A DNA stretch of 64,000 nucleotides, taken from positions 53,258,001 through 53,322,000 of the forward strand of contig CM060733.1 of assembly GCA_030704615.1 (NCBI GenBank), given 5' to 3'. The notes under the pieces were generated by a model. That model did no database searches, was not told where the DNA came from, and saw only the letters and a program-made list of their open reading frames with translations. Of this stretch, positions 12,430 to 24,414 are shown piece after piece. Every line of letters begins with the position of its first letter. Positions within the stretch are counted from its first letter, which is position 1. Source of the DNA: Takakia lepidozioides (Eukaryota > Plantae > Bryophyta). The position numbers were made by a program, and so were the translations under genes.

Positions 12430-13823
12430 TTCTAGCTGCTGAAGCCGGTTGGCCATGCCTTGGTCAACCCTGACCTCCGCGTCCTTGGCCACGTTGAGCT
12501 TGCCCTTGGCCTCGTGGCTGGCCACCTCGTCCTCTGGGCTGCTCCACCTCGCCCCCGGCCACCATTGTTCCCTTGGAACTGGCCTGGGCGCAACTCAGGA
12601 TGCAAAATAACACTGGCCTCTCCATGCCCGTGTTTGCCACAATGCCCACACTGTAACTGTGCAGGCTGTGCATGTGCCGGCCCTTTGCCTCCCTCTGGCA
12701 ATCCTTCTTGACATGGGGTCCTCCACATGTCCAGCACACCACATCCGCCCGTTGTTGGCCAGCAAATGAAGGGAGAGACCCCTGCATCTGAGGTCCTCTC
12801 TGCCCTTCCCTGAGCTTCACCTGAGCCCCCTTGTTGCCTTGAGCACGTGAGGTAGTGGTTGGCTAGGAGCACCACTACCCCGTGGTGTCTCCTTAGCAAA
12901 TCCCACCATGACCACTCGTTCCTCCACCATGTTGAGCTCTATCCGCTCTGCCAGCAAAAACACATTTGCTAAGGTGGGTTGGGCCGCTTGTAGGAGAGTT
13001 GCATCCCGCACCCTTCTCCTCAGCTCCTTGTCCAATATCCCATACCAGAATTGGACTGCCTGAGCTTCCGTAACCCTTGGGTTACATTTATCAAGCGCCT
13101 CATGCGAGTGAAAGCCTCCCTCAAGCTCTCGGTCGCTTCCGTTGGAACTCTTGCAAGCTCCGCAACTTCTCTGTCCTCACCCCTTGGTAGTTCCCTCTCA
13201 ACTCTTCGAAGAACTCCACAACAGGGTTGAAGGCAGGCACGGGTGCTAGTGCTGGTGCGGTAGTGGCTTGGGTGGACGTCGTAGCTACTGTACCACCAGT
13301 CCCACTGCTTGCTGAAGCTGCCGGTGCAGCGGCAGGTGTAGCCACTGCCCTCGTGGCTCTAGTGCCCCTAGTGATGGAGACATAGTCGGGTGACCAGTAC
13401 ATCCTCCACTCCTCGATCTCAACCTCATGCCCCCGCCTGAACTCATGGTAATCATCCATAGGCGGCCCCTCAAGGTGCTGAAACAGCCCCTTCCATGCCA
13501 TGAAAGGCGTAAATAGTTGTGGATTGCATTTGCTGCAAATCACACCAACTATCAAACTCTTGGATAAAATCATCCACTCGATGGTGCCCACCGCCCCAGA
13601 GTACCTTCGTGGCCCCTTGGTAGCTCCATACATCTCCTCCATTGTGTCCCACAACAATGGCAAAGAAAACAACTTGCACCGCCGGTATGAGTCCTCCTGA
13701 TTCACAATCCGAATCAGAACCTTCCGTAGAAGACACAGGAGGTGAAGGTGGCCTAAACCGCACACCTCGTCTCGTGTACCCACTAGTATCGCTAGTGCTC
13801 GAACCGGGCACTGTCCCCAGCAA
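12430..13823 (-). CDS. Gag of element 1 with two zinc knuckles (frameshifted as assembled)
   Basis: VDDFIQEFDSWCD and FFEELRGNYQG...LQEFQRK capsid-like stretches; CWTCGGPHVKKDC and CGHCGKHGHGEAS knuckles. Confidence 0.75.
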
Positions 13824-14499
13824 CTAGTGGCACCTCCGTGTTGACACTCAACCGGTCATGAACATGTCCCTAACCCCCTCTTCACAAGGTAACCGGGTAG
13901 AGAACCTGTTGCGGCTTATGGTTTGGAATACTAAGTTCCTAACATAGCCTACACCTGTACCTGCATCCACCGCAAGCACTCCTATGGTTGGCTGGTCATC
14001 ACCTCCAACCTCACCACAGGAGAAACAATGATGGTCTGGCTGGTCATCCCCAGCCTCACCATCGACAGCATGTAGGACTGGCCGGTGATCAAATCCGGAC
14101 CAATCACCTATAAAAACAAGCGCCCACACAAAACTAGCATGGCGCACAGTCAAGCATGCAGGTATGGAGGGGATCCAAACAAGAAATCAGATCGACAACC
14201 CCCACACCAAAAACAACTCCACGGTGTTGCTCCTGCAAGGACACCCAGCCCAAACCCGGACTGACTCTTGCCTCCACCTACGGAAAGGTCTTGGCCTAAT
14301 GAGAGGGTGGAAACTACGAGGAAGAGAAGCTAAAGCAATGCCTAACCCCAGCATGCCTCATCCCAACACTCTGCCTCTCCTCTCCCTCACTTGCATGACC
14401 ATGGGAATATCATGAAGATACTCCTCAAACCGCCCTCCACGAGCTTCAAAATTCGGCCTTCCAGACCACATGCCAGTCCTTAGGCAGTCCACCAGTGCC

Positions 14500-15345
14500 T
14501 CCACGAGTCAGCACAGGCCGTCCACAGGTCAACACGGGCCACCACAGACCAGCACAGGCCCACACAGCTCACTGGTCACAGCCCCTCACAGCCGTCACAC
14601 ACACCTCAAGGCCTCAGGCACGGCCTGTCACAGCCCCTCACAGCCCTCACACAGCCAGCCCCAAAGGCCTGGGTCAAACAACAAAACAGCCTGTCACAGC
14701 TCCCGCCACAACCTGTCACACAGCCCGTCACTCCCCACAGCTCAGGGCCATCCTATCACAGCCCCTCACAGCCCCGTCACAGCCACACAGGCCCCAAGGC
14801 CCCTGGGCCTCAGCCTTCACAGCCTGATACAAGCCCGTCACAGCCCCACAGGCCCAGGGCACAGCCTGTCACAGCCCATCACAGCCCTCACAGCCTGTCA
14901 CAGCCTGTCACACAGCTTGCCACACAGCCTGTCACAGCCCGTCACAGCCCCACACTCCAAGGGCACAGCCTGTCAACAGCCCATCACAGCCCGTCACACA
15001 CACCAGCTCCACAGGGCACAGGCACAGCCTGTCACAGCCCATCACACACAGCCTTTCACACCACACAGCTTGCCACAGCCCATCACACAGCCCGTCACAG
15101 CCCCCCACAGGCCACTGGTCACAGCCTGTCACAGCCTCACAATAAACCAGCCCTCACATCAGCTCGCCACCCACACGCCACACACACAGCTGCACAACAA
15201 AAAAAAACACAACACAAATCCTGAAACAAACAGACACAGCCCTCACAGCCCCACAGGGCACAGGCACAGCCTGTCACAGCCCCTCACAAGCCCCTCATGC
15301 CCGTCACACAAACAAGCTTGCCACAGCCTGTCACAGCCCCACACA
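14500..15345. repeat. CACAGCC/CCTGTCACAG degenerate tandem array in the 5' leader of element 1
   Basis: Dozens of ACAGCC units; source of the low-complexity ORF 14470-15453. Confidence 0.9.
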
Positions 15346-16846
15346 TGGCCGCTCTGGCAGTTTCGCCATTTCTCCAGGGGTTTAGCCCGCCAAGCTAGGG
15401 TTTGTGTCTCTTGGACTCTAGGCTTCTTTCCACCCGAGCTATGGTGGCTGTGAGGAAATCAGCAAGGTATCCTTGCTCTTTCGGCTCCCACACACCACCA
15501 TAGTAGCCCTAAGCCATGAGGTGGTTGCCACAAACCAAGCCTTCTTTCTCACTTAGCCTCCCCAAACACGCCACTAAACTCAATGGCAAACAACCAAGCC
15601 CTGCTGTTCCCAGCCCTTGTGAGCACTCATTCAAGCACTCTCATTGGCCATAACATCTGTCTTAGAGCCTATTCCAGCCCTCTACACCTGTTGCTTCAAG
15701 AGTTGCGCTCCCTTCAAGCTTGAAGTTGAAACCCCAACTCACATAGGCCCTACAAGTGCTTTTCTTTCACTCCAAGTGGAAACCAGCCCTAGACCTTCCG
15801 TTCTAGCTCTCTAAGCTTGAAAACAAAGCCTCAATGGGCTGAAGGCATGCTCCACACATGCCCCACTCTCACCATAAGAGAATCAGCTCCTTTGCTTCAT
15901 TTCTTGCACCCACAAACTGAAAATACAAGCTTCAGCAGGCTGAAAGCATGCTCTACATGCCCTACAGGGAAACAGCCCCTTCCTTCCTTCCTTGCACTCC
16001 CACACCTAAAAGTGCAAGCCTTCACCAGGCTGATAGCATGCTCCACACATACATTGCCCTCACATAAGGGAAGTCAGCCCTTCCCTCTTCCTTGCTTGCC
16101 CTCCAAGCTTGAAGATGGAAGCTTCAATGAGCTGAATACATGCTCCACACATGCAACCTCTTCACACAAGAGATATCAGCCCCTATCCTTGGCTCCTTGA
16201 TGCTCTCTAAGACAAGACTAAGCACTCCACAGCCTTTGCCAAGCTCCTGAAACCCTAAGGCTTACATTTCCAGCCACAAGACACTTCTCTTGTGGTGCAA
16301 GAGCTCTTCTTCCAAGCTCCTGAAACCCCAGGTGCACATTCCATGGCCTTGCCGCACCTCTTAGCTCCTGTTCCAGCCCTGCTCTTGCCATGACAAGAGC
16401 CCTCTCAATGCTGAAGCTCGAGATTGAAACCCAATCTCACTATACTCCACAAAGTGCATTGATTTGCCCCAAGCCAAATCAGCCCTTTCGCTTGGTCTTG
16501 CAATCCTTCACACAATGAAAGCTCGCATTCCCAGGTCCAGTTCTCAGCTTTGCCACCAAAGCCACTATAACCTGCTCTTGACTGGTCCTCTTCCCAATCG
16601 TGCTTGCTCATGCATGTACACAATCTGAAACCATCAAGGTGCTCTGGAATTACCTGCAGCATGGTGCTTTCATCTCTGAAGCTGAAGATCGAATGCCAAG
16701 GTCTACCACCTCGTAACCCACATCGCCTCCGCTTCTAACAACCAAGAGCTCCATGGTGCTCCTTGCATAACAACTTGGTTTCTCTCAATCTCAAGCAAAA
16801 ACCACAAGTGCTACAACTAACTCGTATCTAGCACTCATAGATACGA

Positions 16847-16862
16847 GCTCATCTTTCTCGAG
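16847..16862 (-). promoter_or_regulatory. Putative self-priming primer-binding site of element 1
   Basis: Sense CTCGAGAAAGATGAGC abuts 5' repeat B and is perfectly complementary to 17018-17033 inside B. No TGG-starting tRNA-type PBS. Confidence 0.7.
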
Positions 16863-17179
16863 TGATAAAGAAGAAGAAGACAAGCACAAGCTCACAAATC
16901 TGAAGCATAAACTCATGCATATATAACCTCATCACTCAAATACAAGTCAAGCCAAGTGCACCCCACGCCATGGGGAATCCACACTACGGCGCCATAGCTA
17001 GGCGCGGTGAGGCTCAACTCGAGAAAGATGAGCCTCATGCGCTTGCCGTGAAGATAACCACTCCAGGGCCTAAATCTGCCTTGACCCCTGGATTGACACT
17101 TGGGCCAATCCCAAATGTCAATATGTAAAAGCTAGCTATTTCCTAGCTAGTTTCACACTAGTGGTAAAATAACTTGACA
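16863..17179 (-). repeat. Element 1 repeat B (5' terminal copy)
   Basis: Starts TGTCAAG and ends TTATCA in sense; copy of 5845-6160; no A copy at this end. Confidence 0.95.
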
Positions 17180-18190
17180 AGTGCTTTAATAAATTTTCAT
17201 CAATGTATTCGCGTAATGCAGCCAACTCCGTCTGGGATCTGTTATAGATTGGGCCGAATGGTGGTTGGACTCCTTCTTGTAACTCAATTGCACAATCATA
17301 AGGTCGATGTTTTGGCAATATGTCTGCATTTTTCTTTTCGAAGATATATTTGAAATCTTGATATTGAACGGGTAATGTTGAAGTACCTTTGTCTGTTGTG
17401 GTCTTGATCGGAGTCGCATAAAGTGCAAATGTCGCCTCCTTTTTGGTAGCTCTCATGAAGGCTCTAGCTCCAAGAAACAGGGGTTGAATACATTTGGTAC
17501 TTTTGCATTTTTGTCTTGCCGAAATTTTTCGTGATTGCTAGTCGATGTCAGGATTATGAAGTACAAACCAGGGAAGTCCAAGGATCACAAGATTCGTTGG
17601 AGACTAGATGACATTGAAAACAATCTATGATACTTGATTTTTAAGCTTCACTTCAAAGGGGTCGAGTTTCATGGTCAACATTTCCTGATGCTAACGGTCG
17701 TCCATCGATAACTTCAACAGGAGCCGAGAATTTCTTCCTTACGAGCGTTAAATTGTATTGCTTTGCAAAGTCTTTGTAAAAAAAACACGCTGAAGCGCCC
17801 GAGTCCAAAAGTACTTCTACGGAGATATCTCGATTTTGCATCCTGATCTTTACTGGAACTGTGAAACAAGATACATGGTCTGGAGGTAGAAATAGAGTTT
17901 TTTTGGTGAGGAATTTGGGGTGTCCAGCCGCATGGTCCCTACTGTGACTGGACATCTTCGTTTTCCGACCTCCTCGTATCGAACACTTGAGGTGCCCCGA
18001 GCTTTGAATCTTCTCTTGTTGGGGCAGTTTAATGCCATGTGATTATTTTCTCCACAATAAAGGCATAATCCATTCGAGCGCCGTCTTTGTTTTTCAAGTG
18101 GCATCAATGGCTTGAATCGGACAGCCAATCTGCATAGGATCATTACCGGATGTCTGATGGATCGTTGTATTTGGTGCCGTGGAGGATCCA
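17180..18190 (-). pseudogene. Tcn1/chromovirus-like Gypsy gag end, protease and RT start; 5' half of the interrupted host element
   Basis: DPMQIG, CLYCGENNHMALNC knuckle, VLLDSGASACF, LPKHRPYDCAIELQEGVQPPFGPIY, LREYIDENL. Confidence 0.9.
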
Positions 18191-21100
18191 GCGATTTCTA
18201 AGGGCTTATAAAAATTGCTTTGCCTTCGGTTTGAAGGATTTGGGGAGTTTGAAGGGCCAGGAGATTCGTATTGATTTGGCAAGTGACACGCCAATCTTTT
18301 GAAGGCCCTACCGGTATAGTGACATGGAGAGGTCATTGATCCAGTCACGGACTATAGAGTTGTTCGAAACTGGATTGGTGGAGTTGTCAGGCGAGGAGTA
18401 TGCCTCGACAACGGTGATGCCAGCTAAGAAGGATATCTATGGCAATTGGACAGAAAGAAGGATGTGTGGGGACTATCGTCCTGTGAACCGTCAGACTAAA
18501 TACGATAGATATGTCGTGCCAACTCCAGAGGAAATCTTTGATGCCATTGGGCATGCGAAGGTGTTTAGCACATTGGACTTGTGATCCGGTTACCACCAGT
18601 TGCCAATCAAAGAGGCTGACAAACAAAAGACGACATTCTGGGGGATTGACCAACATGGGAAGGATTGCTTGTACCAATGGCGCTTCCTACCGTTTGGGTT
18701 GAAGAATGCTCCTGCAGAGTTTCAGAGGGTTATGGATAGGATTCTCGCGGGGCTAGACTTTGCCCGGTGTTACATTGATGACATCATCGTCTTTAGTGCT
18801 ACGGTTGAGGAGTATGAGAGACATTTTCAGGTGCTGTTTGAGCGCTTGAGAGCGCATAGGTTGAAATTGCACCCTGGGAAGTGCAAGTTCTTCCACAACC
18901 AGATTGAGTATCTGGGCCACATGATATACCCTAGAGGATTGGGTGTTCAAAAGACAAAGGTGGAGGCCATTGCACGCATTCCACGCCCCATAGATGTTAG
19001 CAGAGTTCGTGCTTTCATGGGGTTGGCAAACTACTCTCGACGGCTTGTCAAGGGATTTAGCAGCATTGCAAAGGCTCTTACTAAGTTGACCAAGGTGGGT
19101 CAGGAGTGGCAGTGGGAGGAGGAATAAGAGGAAGCCTTTGAGGAACTCAAGGCTCGATTGACTTCTGCACCTATTATGAGGCGGCCTATTCGGGGGTGGC
19201 CTTTCCAGCTACATACGGATTGGAGTATGCTGGGGATTGGAGCAGTGCTCACATAGATGGATGATGAGGGAAGAGAGTTCATAGTGGCATATGCTAGCCG
19301 CTCAAACAATGATGCCGATGCGAAGTATAGTTCATATGAAGGGGAGTGTCTAGCTGCGGTATGGGCAGTGACACATTTCAGATGCTACCTCCATGACAAT
19401 CTCTTCACCCTTGTCACGGATCACCAACCATTGAAGTGGTTGATAGAGTCAGACAAGCTTACAAGGAAGCTTGCACAGTAGGCACTTATGCTTCAAGAAT
19501 ACGACTTTCAGGTGGTGCATCGAGCCGGTATTGTCAATCGGGATGAAGATGGATTGAGTCGTAATCCATGCACGAGCAAGCATGATGATACTGGAACTCG
19601 GTGGCATGGTGAGACGGATGAGGAGATGGTGCCAGGATGGCATGCATCTGCTTTTTTTGTGCATCCTAGCAATGGGAGCTCAAGCTGGTCCATCCCATAG
19701 CATTGGTCATGTAGATGGTGTGCATGACGATCCGGAGATCAATGAGGAGCTTGGTGGTGCTAAGGATATACATGAAGATGCAGCAGTGTTGGCCTACCTT
19801 CAACCTGGAGAGACAACAGCCAGTGTGACTGCTAAGGAGAGAGATCGGATCCTACAACGAGCCAAAAGGTTCAAGTGGGAGGGGACTCACCTACTCCGAG
19901 TATGGGAGGATGGACGAGTGAGGATTGTGCCTCATCCAACACACCGAGCGCGATTGGTTCGCCATGCCCATGAGGAGTTGGGACATTTTGGGGTGCGACG
20001 CACTCATAGTTTGCTGCAATGACAGTACTGGTGGTGGGGCATGCACACGGATGTGCAACAGTTAGTGGCAAGGTGCATGGTGTGTGATAGGGTGCGAGCT
20101 TCATTCAATGCACCTACTCCACAATTGCATCATTTACCCATTATGGGTTTGGGCTATCGTTGGAGTCTTGACTTCGCAGGCCCATTGCCACTAACGACTC
20201 GCCATAACAAGTATGTGCTGGTGATGGTGGAACATTTCTCCAAGTGGATTGAACTGGTGACATTGCCTGACAAGGCAAGTGAGGGGGTTGCGTATGCATT
20301 CTTAGATCAAGTACTTAGCCAATTTGGTGCTCCAGCCGAGGTATTCACGGACCAGGGGAGAGAGTTATTGGGGGAGTTTTAGGCTTTGTGTGAGCAAGCC
20401 TTGATAGATCACCGCACTACTTTTCAGGATCATCCCGGGGCTGATGGCCTGGCAGAGAGGGTTGTACAAACAGTCAAGCGAGGCTTGCGCAAGTATGGCT
20501 TGCAGAAGGGACACTTAGGAGATTGGGACCTTCAGCTACCTTGGTTGGCTATGGGCTACAGGTTTAGCAAACAAGCATCACTTGCCTCGTTCTCGCCGTA
20601 TTTCCTTCTCTTTGGCCGAGAGCCAGATTTGCCTGCATCTATTCGCAGGGAAACTGCAGTAGTTCTCAACCTTGATGATCCGGATGTGTGGACACAAGCA
20701 TGTGCCCAGCGAGCATAGTTGTTCAAGAGAGTCATGCCTATGGCTTTTGAGAACCTTGCTATTGCCTAACATCGAGACACGTTGAGGTACGTCACTATAC
20801 GTGGAGGGGGATATCGGCCAGGTGTTCGGCGTTTCCACCCTGGGGACTATGTGTATCTGCAGCAGACAGCGCCTACGACTTTGGATGTCACAGCAGGGCG
20901 TGTGATTCTAAGGGTCCGGGAGGTGTTGCCTTCAGGAGTGTTGGTTCTGGAGGGTCGAGATGGCATGAAATGGAAGGACCATGTGCGAAATTGTGCGCCA
21001 TGTCACCTTCCATATATGGATGGGAGGATAGATCCCAACCTTGCAGTGGTACCTGCAGGGTTGCGTTGCATGCTATGTGGGCATGCTAGTGGTGCCGCGA

Positions 21101-22014
21101 CCATGTTGGTGTGTGACAAATGCTCAAGGGGGTGGCACATGGGATGCTTGACACCGCCACTTGAGGAGGTTCCTAGTGGATAATGGTTGTGTCCATGATG
21201 CCTTGGACATAGGTAGTGGGCATGACAATGGTAGAATTGACAAGTGATCCAAGGTCTAGCTGATGGGAGCTCAACGCCATGGATACTTAATTGAAGATCA
21301 TGGATTGTAGGAAGACGAGTAACGATGGGGCTACTTTTGCACCCGGCCTCTTGATCTATTGACTGTAGTTACTGGGACATGTGCGATTGAAGACCAAACG
21401 ATGATTTTATTGAGATGGATACTTGTCAGCTATCCGGTGTTAGAGGGACCTAATCACCAGCTAGGGGGGCGATTGTGGCATAGCTTTCTAGGATTGTGTG
21501 CTTAGAATATATGGTGGACAACAATGTATGTTGTGGCACGATGCTTAGGTGCACGACAGCTGTTATGGTTTTAGTCATGGTTAACTAGAATTACCTACTT
21601 CTAGTTAACTAGGATATTTTGGATATTTATATTTGTATTTTGTATGTTGGGACTTCATTTGGTCTCACATGCCAAGTGAGGTATCAAACCTCACTTGGGA
21701 CATGGGGATGGGTTTTCCCCTTGTGAGTGTTGAGGAGGGCTCATCTTCTTGTAGTTGAGCCTCCATGAGCCTCTCCCACCTCCATAGCTCTAGGTATTGA
21801 GAAGGAGTGTGATGAGGGCTTTGTAGGGTGGATTCCTTTAGCAAAGGTGCCCTTGGCTTGACTTAGTTTATGTGATTGAGTGGATTCATGAGTGGAGTGT
21901 TTCCATTGTGTGTTCACCTCCATTATCATTGTGGCATAGCTTTCTAGGATTGTGTGCTTAGAATGTATGGTGGACAACGATGTATGTTGTGGCACGATGC
22001 TTATGTGCACGACA
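18191..22014 (+). mobile_element. 5'-truncated relative of element 1 (element 2): RT-RH-IN-PHD with PPT-A-GC-B-A 3' end
   Basis: Pol closely colinear with element 1, with many stops. PPT 21455-21472, A 21473-21558, GC, B 21561-21928, A 21929-22014 ending GCACGACA. Confidence 0.92.
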
Positions 22015-24414
22015 CTTATTTTGCTGTTACTTCCAGGCCCTTAAACTTCTAAGCGGGCCTTAGTGAGTCCATTGTACCTGTCACAAGGCATTTGACTGGC
22101 AAAAAAAGGCAAAAAAAAAAATGGCATGTCAAAAGAAAAGCAAAAATAAAAAAATTGTCTGTCAGTGAAAGGCAAAAAAGAAAATGGCCTGTCAAAAGAA
22201 AGGTAAAAATTACAAAGGAAATGTACAAGCACATCTGCTGGTAAGTTAAGTGCACAATGCGTCGCCTTGGTGGTTCAAGGTTCAAAGCCGCTCCCTGTGG
22301 GGATTGTTTGTGGCGTATTGTCCGTTGTGCCTTCATTATAAATGAAAGGGGTTTATTTTCCCCCCTCCTCAAGTGGGCTGTCAGTTGCGTGTTGCATGCA
22401 GGCCTCTAGGTTGGCTTACTCTTCAGGGGGTCTTGGGTTCTACCTTCAATGGAAGCTACATTGGCCCATGAGTAGAGCTGTGTGGTTTGTAGATCTTTAT
22501 CATAAACCTTAACAGTGCTTACCCACGTCTCAGGTGATAGGTCTGAAGTCCTGACCATTGTTTTGCAATATGTATTTGACTCTAGCTGCTTTGGTTATAT
22601 ACTGCTCCAGGTTGTGAAATGGGAACTTTAGTCATCTAGCGCTCAAGATTTACTTCAAGAAACAGGCACTTGCGCCTTAAGTTCACAACGATCTACATAG
22701 TAGTTTGGGGATGCAGCTATTGAGAGCCTCGCCTGCATGTAAAGACTGGTTGTCCAAGCCCCTCCGCGCTCTGTTGGACACATTGTGACGGGCACTTATA
22801 ATTAGGACCCCAACAATTTGCACTTTCATAGGTGTGGTGCGCATGATCCAGGGAGTCTTCCAAAGTCCAGCAAGCAACATAGTCTAAGTGATTGAGCCCC
22901 CAAAGATGTGTAAGAAGTTCACACTTCAAACTACACACTTCTTTTCATTTTTTATTTTATTTCATATGACATGGTTGTGTGAAAGGTCAAAATCTTGTCA
23001 ACTTGTCATGTGAAAGGCATTTTCTGAAAGTTGTCTGACATAGTGAAAGTAAAAAAAAAAATTAACCCTGTCACAAAAAAGGTAGGGCTACCTGTCAAAA
23101 AACAACACTGATTGTGGTGTCGCTGAGGAGAGGAGGAACTGGTAATTACTTATTAGCATTGTGGACCCTAACAGACGGCTGCTCCGCTTCTCCACTGCCC
23201 ACACGTGAAGGCTTGACCAAAGGCCCACCCCATGGCAAGCCCCGCTATTGGCTGCTGCCACACACTCTCTGCTGTGGACCTTTATAATAACCCCCGCCAA
23301 AACTTCTTACTTTCATTGTGGGTTGGATGATAAGGAGTCGATGATTGGACGGATGGAAAGCATTGGGCAAAGTTGACATATAACTTGGTCATCGCTATTA
23401 CTTTCTGCGTTGGGCGTCCTCTTTTCTTGCCCCGCCACACTGGAGATCGCTCATATCTTCTTCATCCCTCGCGTCCCTTCTTGCATTGGACATCCTGGCC
23501 CTCTCTTGCCACCCCTTCCGTTTCTTGTTTATGTTTCTTTCCTTTGTTGCCATTTACATTCTTGATCAATTCTCTGTGGAAAAGGAGTCCCTGGGACAAA
23601 TCTGGTAAGTTCTAAACAGATGACGCATTGAGATCAGTGGTAATGTCGGCAGATATTTGAAAGAAGCTGAGCAGAGATCTTACAAAAGTAGTATTTCTGT
23701 ACAAGAGTCCCAAAAAATAGACAGGTCTATGTAAGTGCAATTCTCAGTTGGTCGATGTGCTGCATTCTTGGAGGTTGGAGACCGATTTATCATATGATCT
23801 GGAGATCTAGACTTTGCATCTACTTTCAAGCTAGACCACCAGTTGAACGATGTGTAGTGTATGTTGTTATGTAAACATTCCCCTGGTCCCTTCAGGATAG
23901 TAGCTACGATGCGTGCAAAACTGAACAAGAAGAAGCCGACATCAATTGACATCGACAACATATGGTACTACCGTCACTTGCAGGGCGCAGGCCTGTTGCC
24001 CTCAAATTTCTAGATTAATTGTATGACCAGTCCACCGTGGAAGAAAACTTTGTCTCATCATTCTAGATAGTACCGGCCCTGAACGACCATTGTTTCTCTC
24101 TGATATGCACTATCTACACTTAGCTCTGAGCTTTAGTTTCTGAGAGCGGAAGTCCTCCACATATACTATAGAACAAATAATAATATGTACACCAGGTTAT
24201 TCTTGAATTGTGCGGTCAGCCAATAAATTATTTGCTGTGTACATAAGCCTCACTGATTCTTGTCTAATGATCATCAAATATATCCCGGTCGTTTAGAAAG
24301 TTCTCGCTCTATCTTTAACAGTGCTGAATCGAACTTTAGTATGTAGAATACCCGGGCTCAATTGTTCTGTGTAAGGTAATTCCAAGTTGAGAATCAAGTG
24401 CGCGCAGCCCAAGC

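Larger units (their letters stand above)
5668..17179 (-). mobile_element. Full-length Gypsy-like retrotransposon (element 1) with DNMT, PHD-integrase and split/permuted terminal repeats
   Basis: TG...CA ends; 4-bp TSD AGTG (5664-5667 and 17180-17183). Removing it restores the host frame ...ENLLKH|FIRHSKSP. Domain order gag-PR-DNMT-RT-RH-IN-PHD. Confidence 0.93.

Noticed and set aside
14470-15453. 327-aa His/Ser/Pro-rich ORF as an antisense accessory gene
   Set aside because: The open frame is explained by the stop-poor CACAGCC array; no domain is recognisable.
5668-17179. Classifying element 1 as DIRS/PAT/Ngaro because of the split repeats
   Set aside because: It has a protease, a DDE integrase, TG...CA ends and a 4-bp TSD; no tyrosine recombinase motifs were seen.
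16863-17179. Hammerhead ribozyme in repeat B
   Set aside because: No CUGAnGA/GAAA core with matching stems was found by eye.
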